Shown here in pieces: positions 29,589 to 39,385 of a DNA stretch of 64,000 nt; the first letter of the stretch is position 1, and each line of letters opens with the position of its first letter. A model generated the notes under the pieces. It was not told the DNA's origin. It ran no database searches and saw only the letters and a program-made list of their open reading frames with translations. The DNA is from an uncultured Bacilli bacterium. GTDB taxonomy: Bacteria; Bacillota_I; Bacilli_A; RFN20; CAG-826. Location: positions 42,724 through 106,723 of the forward strand of contig CAKUWP010000004.1 in the NCBI GenBank assembly GCA_934699525.1, given 5' to 3'. Position numbers and translations under genes: made by a program.

Positions 29589-30554
29589 TTAACGTTTCAG
29601 CTCCTGGCGATTTTTATCACATTTCCAAAGGGCCATGGGGTGATGCGCGATGCGAGAAAGAATCGATTCGTCTTGGAAGAGCAATTCAGGATGATAATTC
29701 TTGTGATTAAATTCCGACCAGAACATCAATTCCTGATCATCGGGCTTCATCGTCTCTTTCAAATAATTCAAAACATATTCGCAAGCATTTTCCGCGTCAA
29801 ATTGCACTCCATGGCGCAATACAGGAACCAAATCTGTCTTTATCCTACGCTGAGATATCAATTTGAGGGCGTCAAAGCAAAACGTCTCAGGCGCATTTTG
29901 CGAGCCGATGGCAAAATAGAACATTACGCACTTCTTGAGCATCGTCTTTTGCGAATCCGTAAATAGCCCCTGATGAACCATGGTTTCTACGTCAAAAAGA
30001 TCCCGTGGTGCCGCTCGATTGAGCAACGCCACAATTTTAGATGCGTAGATTTCTAAAGGATCAACAATCAATACGCTCAATTGCTGATTCGGCCACGGCA
30101 AAACGACATCTTTTCTAACGGGGCTCAAAACATGACATCGAAGCATGTAGTTAATTTCGATCTTTAAATTGTCTTTTACCCCACCGGCGTTCGTATATTC
30201 ATAAACAAAAGAGTCAAGCGCATGATACATTTTCGATTTTGGGCTCAACCGATAGGAAAGTGTCTCCATCTGCTTTTGGATTCGCTTTGTGATTTCTTGT
30301 CTACTTATTAGCATCTCATCCCGTGCGACATCTTCACAAAAATCCATGTCAATATCGACGGATAAACGAGGCAAATCAAAAATCGTTAAATTGATGGCAG
30401 TGCCGCCTTTCAAAGCCAGGCGTCCCGCCAAAAAGGAGTCATTTTGAATAAATTCCAAAACCTCAGAAAGACGAAACACCTTTTCGAAGGTATCACGAAC
30501 AAACCCCAAATCTTTCGCCATTCGGCTAAAGGTAGCCTTATCCCATTGCATCAT
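29589..30554 (-). CDS. AbiEii/AbiGii-family nucleotidyltransferase toxin (type IV TA)
   Basis: 321 aa with KGGTAINL...DIDMD nucleotidyltransferase motifs. It overlaps its upstream partner by 17 bp. Confidence 0.75.
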   Translation of the reverse strand: MMQWDKATFSRMAKDLGFVRDTFEKVFRLSEVLEFIQNDSFLAGRLALKGGTAINLTIFDLPRLSVDIDMDFCEDVARDEMLISRQEITKRIQKQMETLSYRLSPKSKMYHALDSFVYEYTNAGGVKDNLKIEINYMLRCHVLSPVRKDVVLPWPNQQLSVLIVDPLEIYASKIVALLNRAAPRDLFDVETMVHQGLFTDSQKTMLKKCVMFYFAIGSQNAPETFCFDALKLISQRRIKTDLVPVLRHGVQFDAENACEYVLNYLKETMKPDDQELMFWSEFNHKNYHPELLFQDESILSRIAHHPMALWKCDKNRQELKR

Positions 30555-31302
30555 AGTCCAAGACCCCCTTATTGACTATTTCCATCAAATCGAACGGAGC
30601 ATAAAGTCTCCATTCCTTGTTCCAAACTAATTTTAACCCTTTTTTAATTAAATAGGGTTTAGCCTGAGGAAGATGAGAACGGCAAAAGGAGAAAAAGCTT
30701 TGCGATAAACCAAGTTCTTTGGAAAAGAAGGATAGAATGTACCCTGTCTTTTGATACAAATAGCCGTTTTGGTATTCTTCGAGAATTTCTACCAATTTCT
30801 TTTCGTCTAAAGAGGGGACTAAAGCAAGGCATCGCAACAGTTCTTCTAATCCGCCTACTTTTTCATAAAGATGAATGCAATCGATCACCGTGCGTTCCAG
30901 GGTCGTTACGCGTACCCCATTCATTTCCATAACGCCCCCATGCACACAGGGGTTCATCCGTCGATAATAAATATCGCCATATTCAAAGTCGCGAAAGCGA
31001 GTTTTGCTGGTAACCTGAACTTCATAAAAAACTTGGTTAGCAATTCCGTGAAACTCGAAGGCGCTGTGATAAGAAACAACGGCATCCTCGCAAATACGAG
31101 TAGCAATGGCGTAGCGATTCAAAACAGGCTGACGGGATTCCAAACTAATCGCGACATATAAGTCTTTTTTTACACGCTCTATCAAGCCGTCTTTCAAATA
31201 TTTAGCGACAACCCAATCGGCTAGAGGCGAACTGCCCGTTATATGGATTAAGTCTTTTTTGCTAAAAGAGCCTAGCTCCAATAGTTTTCCGTAGTACTTC
31301 AT
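30538..31302 (-). CDS. AbiEi-family antitoxin/transcriptional regulator
   Basis: 254 aa with an N-terminal wHTH, sitting directly upstream of the AbiEii gene. Confidence 0.65.
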   Translation of the reverse strand: MKYYGKLLELGSFSKKDLIHITGSSPLADWVVAKYLKDGLIERVKKDLYVAISLESRQPVLNRYAIATRICEDAVVSYHSAFEFHGIANQVFYEVQVTSKTRFRDFEYGDIYYRRMNPCVHGGVMEMNGVRVTTLERTVIDCIHLYEKVGGLEELLRCLALVPSLDEKKLVEILEEYQNGYLYQKTGYILSFFSKELGLSQSFFSFCRSHLPQAKPYLIKKGLKLVWNKEWRLYAPFDLMEIVNKGVLDYDAMG

Positions 31303-31386
31303 CCTTTGCCCCTTTCCGTATTAAATTTAACACATAAACATAGTTTTTACTATGGTTTCGTGTAATTTTTAATACAACTCAAGACA

Positions 31387-32652
31387 TTAGATATATTCGA
31401 TGGGCAGGGAATACAAATTATCCCTTAGTTGGATTTTTTCCTTGCCGGTGCAAAGGATGACCCCAACACCGCGTTTCTTGTCGACGGCTTTATCCAAGAC
31501 GGGGAAAGCTTCCGCGTCCATGGCCGTGGGATTCCCCCGCTTTTTGATTTCAATGGGATAAAGCACGCCATTTTGCTCGATCACCAAATCAATTTCTCTT
31601 TCTAAGGACACTTCTTCTCCACCTTGTTTTCTTTTGACTTTATCTTTGCCACGATAATAGAAAAGGTATTTGGAGAAATCCTTTCCAGCATTGGCATACG
31701 ACTTGGCGATTTCATTAACAACAAACGTTTCAAAAAACGCGCCGGAAACCGCTCCGCGTTCTAAAGCCTCTTTGCTAAGCCATGACGTTAAATAAGCGGC
31801 AAGGCCCGTATCTCTAAAATAGATTTTAGGGGTGCGTATCGCCCGAGACAAATGGGAGGAGGCATAGGGATATAAAAGGAAAGCGATATCCGTTTTCACC
31901 AAAACACCCACCCAGGATTTAACGGTATCGTTGGATACGCCGACTTCGCTAGCAATACTGACGTAATCGAGCATATTGCCCGTTCTAGCGGCTACCGCCA
32001 CTAAGAAACGATAAAACGTCATATAGTCCCGAACACGGGTAATCCGATAAACATCCCGTTCGATATAGGTTTTAACGTAGTCCCCATAAAATTCTTCCCA
32101 ATCTTTCTCGGGATTTTGGGTTAATTCGGGATAGGAACCCCGATGAATCACCGACCAAATATCTTCATAGGGAACAAGGGCTTTTTCGCGTTGCTTGATA
32201 TACTCTTCGCTAGGCAAAAAAGGCGCCGTAAAAGGGACGTTATAAATTTCACGTAAGGACAGTCCAGGCAACTCCAAGATGCCAACCATCCCCGACAAGG
32301 AATCCGATAGTCCTTCCATAACCGCCCATTTTTGGGACCCGGAAAAAAGATAATTTCCGTTATCTTCCTTTTCATCGAGAATGACTTTGGCACTATTAAG
32401 TAACGCGGGGCATTCCTGAACTTCATCGACGAACAGGGGAGTTCCGAATCCCCCTAAAAAAGAATCGGGATCGCTTTGAGCGGTTTCTAATAAAGTGGGC
32501 GACTTCAAATTGATGCGTTTCACTTTGGGAAACGTGTGCTTGATTAAAGTGGATTTGCCAACTTGCCTTGCTCCTGTGATCGCGACGCATTTATAGGAGG
32601 CGTACTTACGCTTCAGCAGTTCTTCCATTGCTCTTGGGATGTAGGCCATCAT
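31387..32652 (-). CDS. AAA+ superfamily ATPase, DUF4143/COG1373 family
   Basis: 421 aa with Walker A GARQVGKST. Confidence 0.8.
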   Translation of the reverse strand: MMAYIPRAMEELLKRKYASYKCVAITGARQVGKSTLIKHTFPKVKRINLKSPTLLETAQSDPDSFLGGFGTPLFVDEVQECPALLNSAKVILDEKEDNGNYLFSGSQKWAVMEGLSDSLSGMVGILELPGLSLREIYNVPFTAPFLPSEEYIKQREKALVPYEDIWSVIHRGSYPELTQNPEKDWEEFYGDYVKTYIERDVYRITRVRDYMTFYRFLVAVAARTGNMLDYVSIASEVGVSNDTVKSWVGVLVKTDIAFLLYPYASSHLSRAIRTPKIYFRDTGLAAYLTSWLSKEALERGAVSGAFFETFVVNEIAKSYANAGKDFSKYLFYYRGKDKVKRKQGGEEVSLEREIDLVIEQNGVLYPIEIKKRGNPTAMDAEAFPVLDKAVDKKRGVGVILCTGKEKIQLRDNLYSLPIEYI

Positions 32653-32660
32653 TTTCCTCC

Positions 32661-32762
32661 GTTGCGACTATTTTCTAATCGAATTAGATTTTAGCCAACA
32701 TTCCGAAGAATGGCAATGGACGTTATGCGACTATTTTCTAACTGAATTAGAATTTAGCCACA
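32661..32762. repeat. two 40-bp direct repeats (GCGACTATTTTCTAA.GAATTAGA.TTTAGCCA) with a 62-bp period
   Basis: Seen directly, between the two ATPase genes. Confidence 0.8.
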
Positions 32763-32764
32763 CT

Positions 32765-34039
32765 TTAGTTTTTCAAAGCCGTGGCGGGGACGACGTAGAC
32801 GCCGTCAGGGCGCCGATAAGCCGCATTCGTCAAGCCACATATCACGCATAGAGCCTGGGCCGTTTTCCCGTCGGACGCCTTGATGGCATCTTGAATGCGA
32901 AGCAAGTTTTCCGCCGCTTCATCGATTTTATTCGCGCCAAGTTTAATCTCCACGCCGCACCAAGCGCCGTCCGGCAACTCAATTACCGCATCCATTTCGT
33001 TGTTTTTATAATCCTGATAATGGAATAGTTTCGCCCCGAAGGATTCGGTGTAAGTCCATAGGTCTCGTTCTACCATCGATTCAAAAAGGAATCCGAGCAA
33101 TTCTAAATCGCCGAGCAATTTCCTTTCCGTTAACCCGAGCAAAGCGCAAGGCAAAGACGGATCAACAAAATGGCGTTTTTCGCTTTGTTTGACTCGGATT
33201 CCAGAACGGAATTTGCTTGAATAAGGCGGAATATTTTCAATTAAATGCAAGCTTTTCAGCAAATCCATGTAATTGGCAAGCGTGTCGACGTTGACGTCGT
33301 CGAAGTCCTTGTCCTTGATGTCTTTAACTAGAATAGCATTGCTTGCCGTAGTGGCTTCGTTACGAGCCAGGGAACGGAGCAACAATTCCACTTTATGGGA
33401 ATCTCTCTCTACGTCATCTATTTTATAGATATCCTCGTTTAAAACGGACTTCACATATTCTTTGGCGATAAGGGTACCTTTTTCGATGCTCGAATCCGTG
33501 ACCAAAGGCCAGCCGCCAAGCAAAATATATCGAATCAAGTCCTTTAATTGCACTTCGCCGGTCATGACGTTAGGGGCGGTGTTATTACAAATGTCCTTCA
33601 AAGAAACAAGGCCGCTGGAATAGCCGCTTTCATAAAGAGACATCGTCCTCATTTTTAGTCGAGCGATTCGACCGGTTCCCGTATGGATATACCGATGCTT
33701 ATTGATTGTGGCGGAGCCCGTTAACAAAAACTGGGCAGAGGCAGGATGGGTATCTACCCATCCCCTTACGGCATCCCAGAGGGCGGGCACTTCTTGCCAT
33801 TCGTCGATTAAACGGGGCGTTGCGCCTTCTAGGACGAAACTAGGATCCATCAAGGCAAGACGTTTGTTGTTGAAGTTGCCTTTAGGGTCAGCGAGGAGGA
33901 ATTCGCTATTAGAATGTTTCTTAGCCGTCCAGGTTTTTCCACACCACTTGGGGCCTTCAATCAACACAGCGCCAAAAGTATCAAGATAAGTATCTACTTG
34001 CTCATCGATGATCCGTTTTTTGTAATTTAGTAGATCCAT
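32765..34039 (-). CDS. AAA+ superfamily ATPase, DUF4143/COG1373 family
   Basis: 424 aa with GPKWCGKTWT. It is a close paralog of 5749..7050. Confidence 0.8.
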   Translation of the reverse strand: MDLLNYKKRIIDEQVDTYLDTFGAVLIEGPKWCGKTWTAKKHSNSEFLLADPKGNFNNKRLALMDPSFVLEGATPRLIDEWQEVPALWDAVRGWVDTHPASAQFLLTGSATINKHRYIHTGTGRIARLKMRTMSLYESGYSSGLVSLKDICNNTAPNVMTGEVQLKDLIRYILLGGWPLVTDSSIEKGTLIAKEYVKSVLNEDIYKIDDVERDSHKVELLLRSLARNEATTASNAILVKDIKDKDFDDVNVDTLANYMDLLKSLHLIENIPPYSSKFRSGIRVKQSEKRHFVDPSLPCALLGLTERKLLGDLELLGFLFESMVERDLWTYTESFGAKLFHYQDYKNNEMDAVIELPDGAWCGVEIKLGANKIDEAAENLLRIQDAIKASDGKTAQALCVICGLTNAAYRRPDGVYVVPATALKN

Positions 34040-34071
34040 AGGAATGCCCCCGATGGCTCAATCATATATTA

Positions 34072-34163
34072 TTCCGTTATATTTTCAAGTTTTGTTCCGT
34101 GATATTTTCAGTTTTCATTCCGTGACTTTTTCTATTTTCATTCCGTGATATTTTCGGTTTTAA
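34072..34163. repeat. 4 tandem 23-bp direct repeats (TTCCGTGATATTTTCAGTTTTCA)
   Basis: The TTCCGT box recurs at 34072, 34095, 34118 and 34141, immediately upstream of the 32765..34039 start. Confidence 0.85.
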
Positions 34164-34229
34164 GGCCAGCCGCTTCATTTATATATTTAAATTGAGGCGG
34201 GTAGGTCTAAGCGGTAATTCTTACCGCAT

Positions 34230-35528
34230 TCATCGTTTTTCATTCGCCTTCGATTCTACTTCCGGCTCGGAATATTCCAAACAAGGAGTAATGGAATAAG
34301 AGGCGCGAATCCGTTGGACATCGCTATAAAGAAGGGTTTCCTTCTTATTGAGCTCATCCGCCAAAGCAAGGACGAAGTCGCGGTTTTTGATCAGGATATC
34401 GCGGCACAAATAGAGGTAACGTTCTAGTTCACAGGCAACAACGGTTTCTACCCGCGCTTTAAGGGATTCAGAGGTTTCATCTTTTGCCTTCGGTGACAAT
34501 ACCCCAACCCCATTGATGGCATTATCTTCCGCGCCACTTTGAAGAAGGGAGAAAGCCTTGTATAAATCGGATTGGCATCCGCTAGCGACGCGTCCCGATT
34601 CATAAAGCTCACACGCTACCTTCCCACCAAGGGAAAGTAAAACGCATTGACCGCGACGGGTAAAAGGAGTATCTAGTTGGGTGAATCCTTCATCCGCATG
34701 AATGGAAACTAATCCCACCACTCCTTTCCGAAGCACCTCGGCAACCGCGCAATGCCCCGCTTCGTGGATGGAAACCATCCTTTGGTTTTCGGGGGTACGT
34801 TTCTTGCAACCGTAATCACGATAATGATCTTTTAGATATGCCTCCACGACATCTTCGGTTCCTACGACTTTCTTTCGTTTCCTGGCGGCGATGACGGCGC
34901 TTTCGTTAATGATCTTATCCAAATTCGCGCAGGAAGAATAACTGACCATCTTCGTGATATCCTCATAATTCGCATTAGGATCTACCTTCCGCTTACGAAG
35001 GTAATATTCCACGATCGCCGCGGCGTCTTCTTTCTCTGGAATTTCGATTGGGAATTGATGGTCTAAACGGCCGCTGCGAAGCAAAGAATTCGGCAATTTG
35101 CTCCTTTTATTGGCCGTAGCAACAACAAGGACCCCTTTGTCTTTACAAGCATCCATATTCGATTGGATAGTCACAAAGCAAGGGGCATCGGCATCTTTTC
35201 GATCTTCCGAGCAAAGTTTATCGATGTCATCAAAGAAAACGATGGCCTGTTTGTTTTTCACCACTTCTTCGAAGGCGGCGTTGATGTCTTTCATAATGCC
35301 TTGATCGTCTTTATTTTTCGTAATGGTATAAACGGGCAACCTCGAGGCTTCGATAAACGAAGTGGCAAGAAGCGTTTTGCCCATGCCGGGTTCGCCATAA
35401 AAGAGGATGCCGTGAGGGAGATTAGCCCCCATTTCTTCGTAAATGGTGGGGTTTTGAATCATGTCGAGGATTTGGTTTAATTCGTCTTTTACTTTTTGGT
35501 ATCCAATGACTTTGTCGAAAGGTTTCAT
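34230..35528 (-). CDS. soluble FtsH-like AAA+ ATPase fused to an M41 zinc metallopeptidase (no TM segment)
   Basis: 432 aa with Walker A GEPGMGKT. Walker B reads VFFDDID (DD, not DE). It has an SRH with an Arg finger (RSGRLD) and a HEAGH zinc motif. Confidence 0.7.
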   Translation of the reverse strand: MKPFDKVIGYQKVKDELNQILDMIQNPTIYEEMGANLPHGILFYGEPGMGKTLLATSFIEASRLPVYTITKNKDDQGIMKDINAAFEEVVKNKQAIVFFDDIDKLCSEDRKDADAPCFVTIQSNMDACKDKGVLVVATANKRSKLPNSLLRSGRLDHQFPIEIPEKEDAAAIVEYYLRKRKVDPNANYEDITKMVSYSSCANLDKIINESAVIAARKRKKVVGTEDVVEAYLKDHYRDYGCKKRTPENQRMVSIHEAGHCAVAEVLRKGVVGLVSIHADEGFTQLDTPFTRRGQCVLLSLGGKVACELYESGRVASGCQSDLYKAFSLLQSGAEDNAINGVGVLSPKAKDETSESLKARVETVVACELERYLYLCRDILIKNRDFVLALADELNKKETLLYSDVQRIRASYSITPCLEYSEPEVESKANEKR

Positions 35529-35706
35529 GTTAATTTTCTCCTTTTTGTTATGTTTTAAATGGAAAGAATAGGAAAGTGCCGGGCGGTAATGAAAATACCG
35601 ATTGGGATAATCGTTTGTCGTTTGAAAGGCTCGGGTCGCCTTAACGGCTAAATCACCACAAGCTAAAAAACACTAAAATGGCCGGAAAACAGCTTTTTGG
35701 GTTTCT

Positions 35707-36432
35707 TTATTTTTGGGTATACCAAATCACTTGATCGAGTTCTGCTCTAGTAAGAGTATAGCCGTGAAAATTTTGAACTCCCTTTTGCAGCTCGCCTAAG
35801 CAATCGTTGTAATGCGTATAAAAATCCCAAAAATTAGCGAACTTTTTGTGACGCTTGTCGGTAAACCACGTTTTGTAATACCTTTTGCCGCTAGGAAGTA
35901 TGTCATAAACGTCTATGTACTTCGCTAAACACGCCGCAACCTTCGAATCGTATTTCGAATAATGAACGTGTGCATTGCATGGGTAGCCAAGTTTGTTAAG
36001 CTCATCCGATAGGTAAAAAATCACCTTGGAAGCAAACGATACGGCAGCATTACCAACGCTTTTAACAATTCCTTCAAACAGGCTCTTAGTACCTGCGACA
36101 CTTCCGTCCAACGCCGAAACGAGAGAGTTAAGATCGGGCCATTTTTTTGGCATAACTATATCTTTGGCAACTTGATTCATCGCTTTGGCGGAAAGTCTTG
36201 TGCTATTTACCCTATTTATCTCTTTGATAGCAGCTAGAATCGTGGTGTAGTTGTAATTAGCCACCATGTCTTTAACAAAATTTGTGATGGTATTTTTATA
36301 GTTTGAGTCTATGCGAATACAGCCTTCGATAAAGTCCCTGTTCTTCTTCGTCACGGGGACAAGGTCTTTAAACGCCTTAGTGTCAAACTCGTCCAGATAA
36401 TAAGTTTCTTTTGTAGTAATTGTTGATTTCAT
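35707..36432 (-). CDS. hypothetical protein
   Basis: 241 aa with no recognisable motif, 21 bp downstream of a P-loop protein gene. Confidence 0.5.
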   Translation of the reverse strand: MKSTITTKETYYLDEFDTKAFKDLVPVTKKNRDFIEGCIRIDSNYKNTITNFVKDMVANYNYTTILAAIKEINRVNSTRLSAKAMNQVAKDIVMPKKWPDLNSLVSALDGSVAGTKSLFEGIVKSVGNAAVSFASKVIFYLSDELNKLGYPCNAHVHYSKYDSKVAACLAKYIDVYDILPSGKRYYKTWFTDKRHKKFANFWDFYTHYNDCLGELQKGVQNFHGYTLTRAELDQVIWYTQK

Positions 36433-36452
36433 ATTTTTTCTCCATTCGTTTC

Positions 36453-36908
36453 CTATTCAATTGTTTTTATAGCGCAAACAAATGCCATTCCTGGGATTTG
36501 CCTGTAATGGCCCTCTTCCCTTTCGTCCACGACATACCCGTCGCACAGAAGCAAGAAATGATATTTTTGGTACTGATTCAGTTTCTGATAATTATCAACG
36601 ACAACAACGATGTTTTTCGATGCGAGCAATTTGTCGATAAAATCCGACGTAAAGAATTGCCCCTTTAGGACCAAATCTCCTCTAAACCGGATTTCTCCGT
36701 TGCATTTTGGTTGGACTGCACCATCGAGAAATATTCCGTGGATATCCTCTTTGTGATGGTTCATCCATTGCCTAACCATTGCCGTCTTTCCAGTTCCGGA
36801 GTATCCATCAAAACGGACGCTTTGACGCATTTCTAGTGCGTAATCCAGTTCTTTGGATACCTGACAATTCGGATCGTAATATTCTTCCATTATCGTTCCC
36901 CTATTCAT
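36453..36908 (-). CDS. small P-loop NTPase
   Basis: 151 aa with Walker A GYSGTGKT and a hydrophobic strand-Asp VVVVD. Its start overlaps the upstream gene by 4 bp. Confidence 0.55.
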   Translation of the reverse strand: MNRGTIMEEYYDPNCQVSKELDYALEMRQSVRFDGYSGTGKTAMVRQWMNHHKEDIHGIFLDGAVQPKCNGEIRFRGDLVLKGQFFTSDFIDKLLASKNIVVVVDNYQKLNQYQKYHFLLLCDGYVVDEREEGHYRQIPGMAFVCAIKTIE

Positions 36909-38377
36909 TCCTTTTCATCTTTGCTTAATTTTCCAAACCCCATCCTGCCGTCATAGATTTCAGTTCCGCAGTGAGAACATACGCAGGCTTTATTCCCGTC
37001 ATCAACAGGCTCTTCCCCGTCGCATTTAGGACAACGGACAAAGAGATCAAGGGGTTCGTCTTCGGGGCATAAATTGGAAACTCGTTTCCGCACCTCTACT
37101 TGATCGAGAACCAAATTGACATCGAATAGATGATCCTTTTGCCGTGGGGTTAGATAGTTATAGTAAGCGGATAGCCTCGTTAGATAGTAATTCGCGAATT
37201 CGACGTTAATGCTCGCGGGTTTCATCACTTCTACGTAATCGGCGATGCAGGATTCCCCGTTGCCGATAGGGTCGGATAGTAACCAGGATTTAAAAAAGCC
37301 GATGTCCGCGAAATAATTGACGAGTCTTTGATTCAAAGGGCGATTCTTCCCGGCAACGCGAACAATCTTAAACGTATCTAAGTCATAGCCTCGTCCAGTA
37401 AATAGATTTGTGCAGTCCTTCATGTTATCAACGTTTTGCCAATGGAGTTTTTCGTGAAAAAAGGATTCAAAGGATTTGGAAATCATCTTCTCATCTTTGT
37501 CCTTGAAATAGAACGAAATAATGCAGGACCTCCCCCCAAGCGGAGCAATCGTCTTTTGCATCATGCGGTCCAAATGACCGTACCTTTTGGCCAATTTGGG
37601 GTTCGACAGGCGGAACATCTCGTTGTTATCCGCGAATTCTTTCTTTCGTTTCTCATCTTGTAAGAATAATTTCGTTAGGCACAGGGTGGGGAACACGATA
37701 TTTTCGATTTTTTCGAAAAGGTAATGGTCTTTGCCATCTTGGTTAAGCAACGTGCAAGCCGGCAAAAGGAAAGCATAGGGGTCATGATTGACCTCTTTTA
37801 GGTAGCAAACCTTGGTCCATTGGGGGCTAGATTCTCCGGGCCACTGGATTTGAATGGGGCAGTTTTCACGGTACGCTTTTTCTAGAATCTGAATTTTTTG
37901 GATGACTTCTTGCGACTGTTTGGTTCCTCCTTGAAGATAGCGGGAACTTAGTTCTTGAATGGATTTTTTTGAATTTTCGGTAGTGGCAAAGGCATCGAGA
38001 ATCCGCTCTTCGTAAAATTCCGTGTCGCTTTTCCCGATATACGGATCATTGTGGATAGCAGCCAAAACGCGGGCAGTTTGCTCCTCGTTCAGACCATTTC
38101 TTTGTTCGATGTAAAATTTACTGCCTTTCTTACATTCCAAAACAAAAGGAAATTCATACTTATCCGATAACTCTTTTAGATATTTCAGACAATCCGAAAT
38201 CCGTTGACGCTTAATCTGATTTCCTGACACCCCTTCTCCTTGATAGGTGATGCCGTATTCTTCATCCGCGTAACGACAAATGTCCGCTTGTTTAACGGGA
38301 TGGTCTTTATCGGTATGATGCAAAAGATAATTCAAAGTAATTAGGATTTCTCGCTGATGGATGCGTGTGTCTTTCAT
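36905..38377 (-). CDS. HTH-containing protein with a C-terminal zinc ribbon
   Basis: 490 aa with an N-terminal DeoR/wHTH-like segment and a C-terminal CPKC...CSHC. Confidence 0.5.
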   Translation of the reverse strand: MKDTRIHQREILITLNYLLHHTDKDHPVKQADICRYADEEYGITYQGEGVSGNQIKRQRISDCLKYLKELSDKYEFPFVLECKKGSKFYIEQRNGLNEEQTARVLAAIHNDPYIGKSDTEFYEERILDAFATTENSKKSIQELSSRYLQGGTKQSQEVIQKIQILEKAYRENCPIQIQWPGESSPQWTKVCYLKEVNHDPYAFLLPACTLLNQDGKDHYLFEKIENIVFPTLCLTKLFLQDEKRKKEFADNNEMFRLSNPKLAKRYGHLDRMMQKTIAPLGGRSCIISFYFKDKDEKMISKSFESFFHEKLHWQNVDNMKDCTNLFTGRGYDLDTFKIVRVAGKNRPLNQRLVNYFADIGFFKSWLLSDPIGNGESCIADYVEVMKPASINVEFANYYLTRLSAYYNYLTPRQKDHLFDVNLVLDQVEVRKRVSNLCPEDEPLDLFVRCPKCDGEEPVDDGNKACVCSHCGTEIYDGRMGFGKLSKDEKE

Positions 38378-38706
38378 GTTTCCCCTCCTTCATCCGCGAA
38401 AAGAATAACGTCAAAATTTCAGTATGCAGAACAAAATGAAAAAATGGACGCATATAGGGACAAAAATATTTCCGCTTATCCTCATCTGCGCACCCCCCGT
38501 GCATTTTGGATATCGATAGGGAGCCGAATAGGCACCCTTTCCAATCGTTATCCCAACTATGCCACGAATAAGGACGGGTTACCATGATTTTTCGAAGATA
38601 TTTTTATTCCCTCCCAAAATGTGCCTACATCGGCCCAAATCTATGTTTGGCCTTTTTCTTTCGCTATTTGCCGATAAAATAAAAGGCATAAACGGGGGTT
38701 TAATCT

Positions 38707-39354
38707 ATGGACGAAAATTACAAAAAGAATGTCGTATTAGTCGGAAAAGAATTTAACGGCATCGAACTAGGGAAAGATTTTTACTTGGATTTCAACCAAG
38801 TCAAAAATCTGTTGGTCTCTGGGATTACAGCCGCCGGAAAATCTATTTTCCTTCATGTTTTGTACGATCAAATCAGCGAGCAAAACAAGGAAGCGGAGTT
38901 CTATTTGTTTGATCCCAAAAGAATCGAATTTTGGAAAGAATCCAAAAAGGATAACGCCACTGGGGTCCGCACTCCCGAGGAGGTGGAGAAAGCCTTTGCG
39001 GAATTAAAGGTAAAACTGGATTCCTTAGATCACGATCTTTATCTCATCGTTGATGAATTGTTCTGTTATAGGGGTGAACTGGACGAAGAGTTCATAGGGC
39101 TCATCCAAAGAAAGAACCCCTTCTTCCATTTCATCGCTTCTTGTCAAGCTGCTTCGTGGCGGAAGCTACAAGGGCTCTTCCCTTATATTCCTAATCGTAT
39201 GGCGTTTGTCGAATCGTCCGTCGCTGATAGCAAGGTCATCATTGGACGAAGCGGATGCGAACTTCTAAAAGGGTGTGGCGATGGTCTTGCCATCATCAAC
39301 GGGGAAACCAAGCGCGTACAGATCATTTGGAAACACTTGAAAGGGCGAAAATAA
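38707..39354 (+). CDS. mini FtsK/SpoIIIE-family ATPase
   Basis: 215 aa. LLVSGITAAGKS, DPK, LIVDEL and SSVADSKVIIGRSGCELLKGCGDGL map onto the FtsK motor Walker A, Walker B and C-terminal motifs. Confidence 0.6.
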   Translation: MDENYKKNVVLVGKEFNGIELGKDFYLDFNQVKNLLVSGITAAGKSIFLHVLYDQISEQNKEAEFYLFDPKRIEFWKESKKDNATGVRTPEEVEKAFAELKVKLDSLDHDLYLIVDELFCYRGELDEEFIGLIQRKNPFFHFIASCQAASWRKLQGLFPYIPNRMAFVESSVADSKVIIGRSGCELLKGCGDGLAIINGETKRVQIIWKHLKGRK

Positions 39355-39385
39355 ACGCCAAGAAGGGTGATTTTGAAACGCGGGG

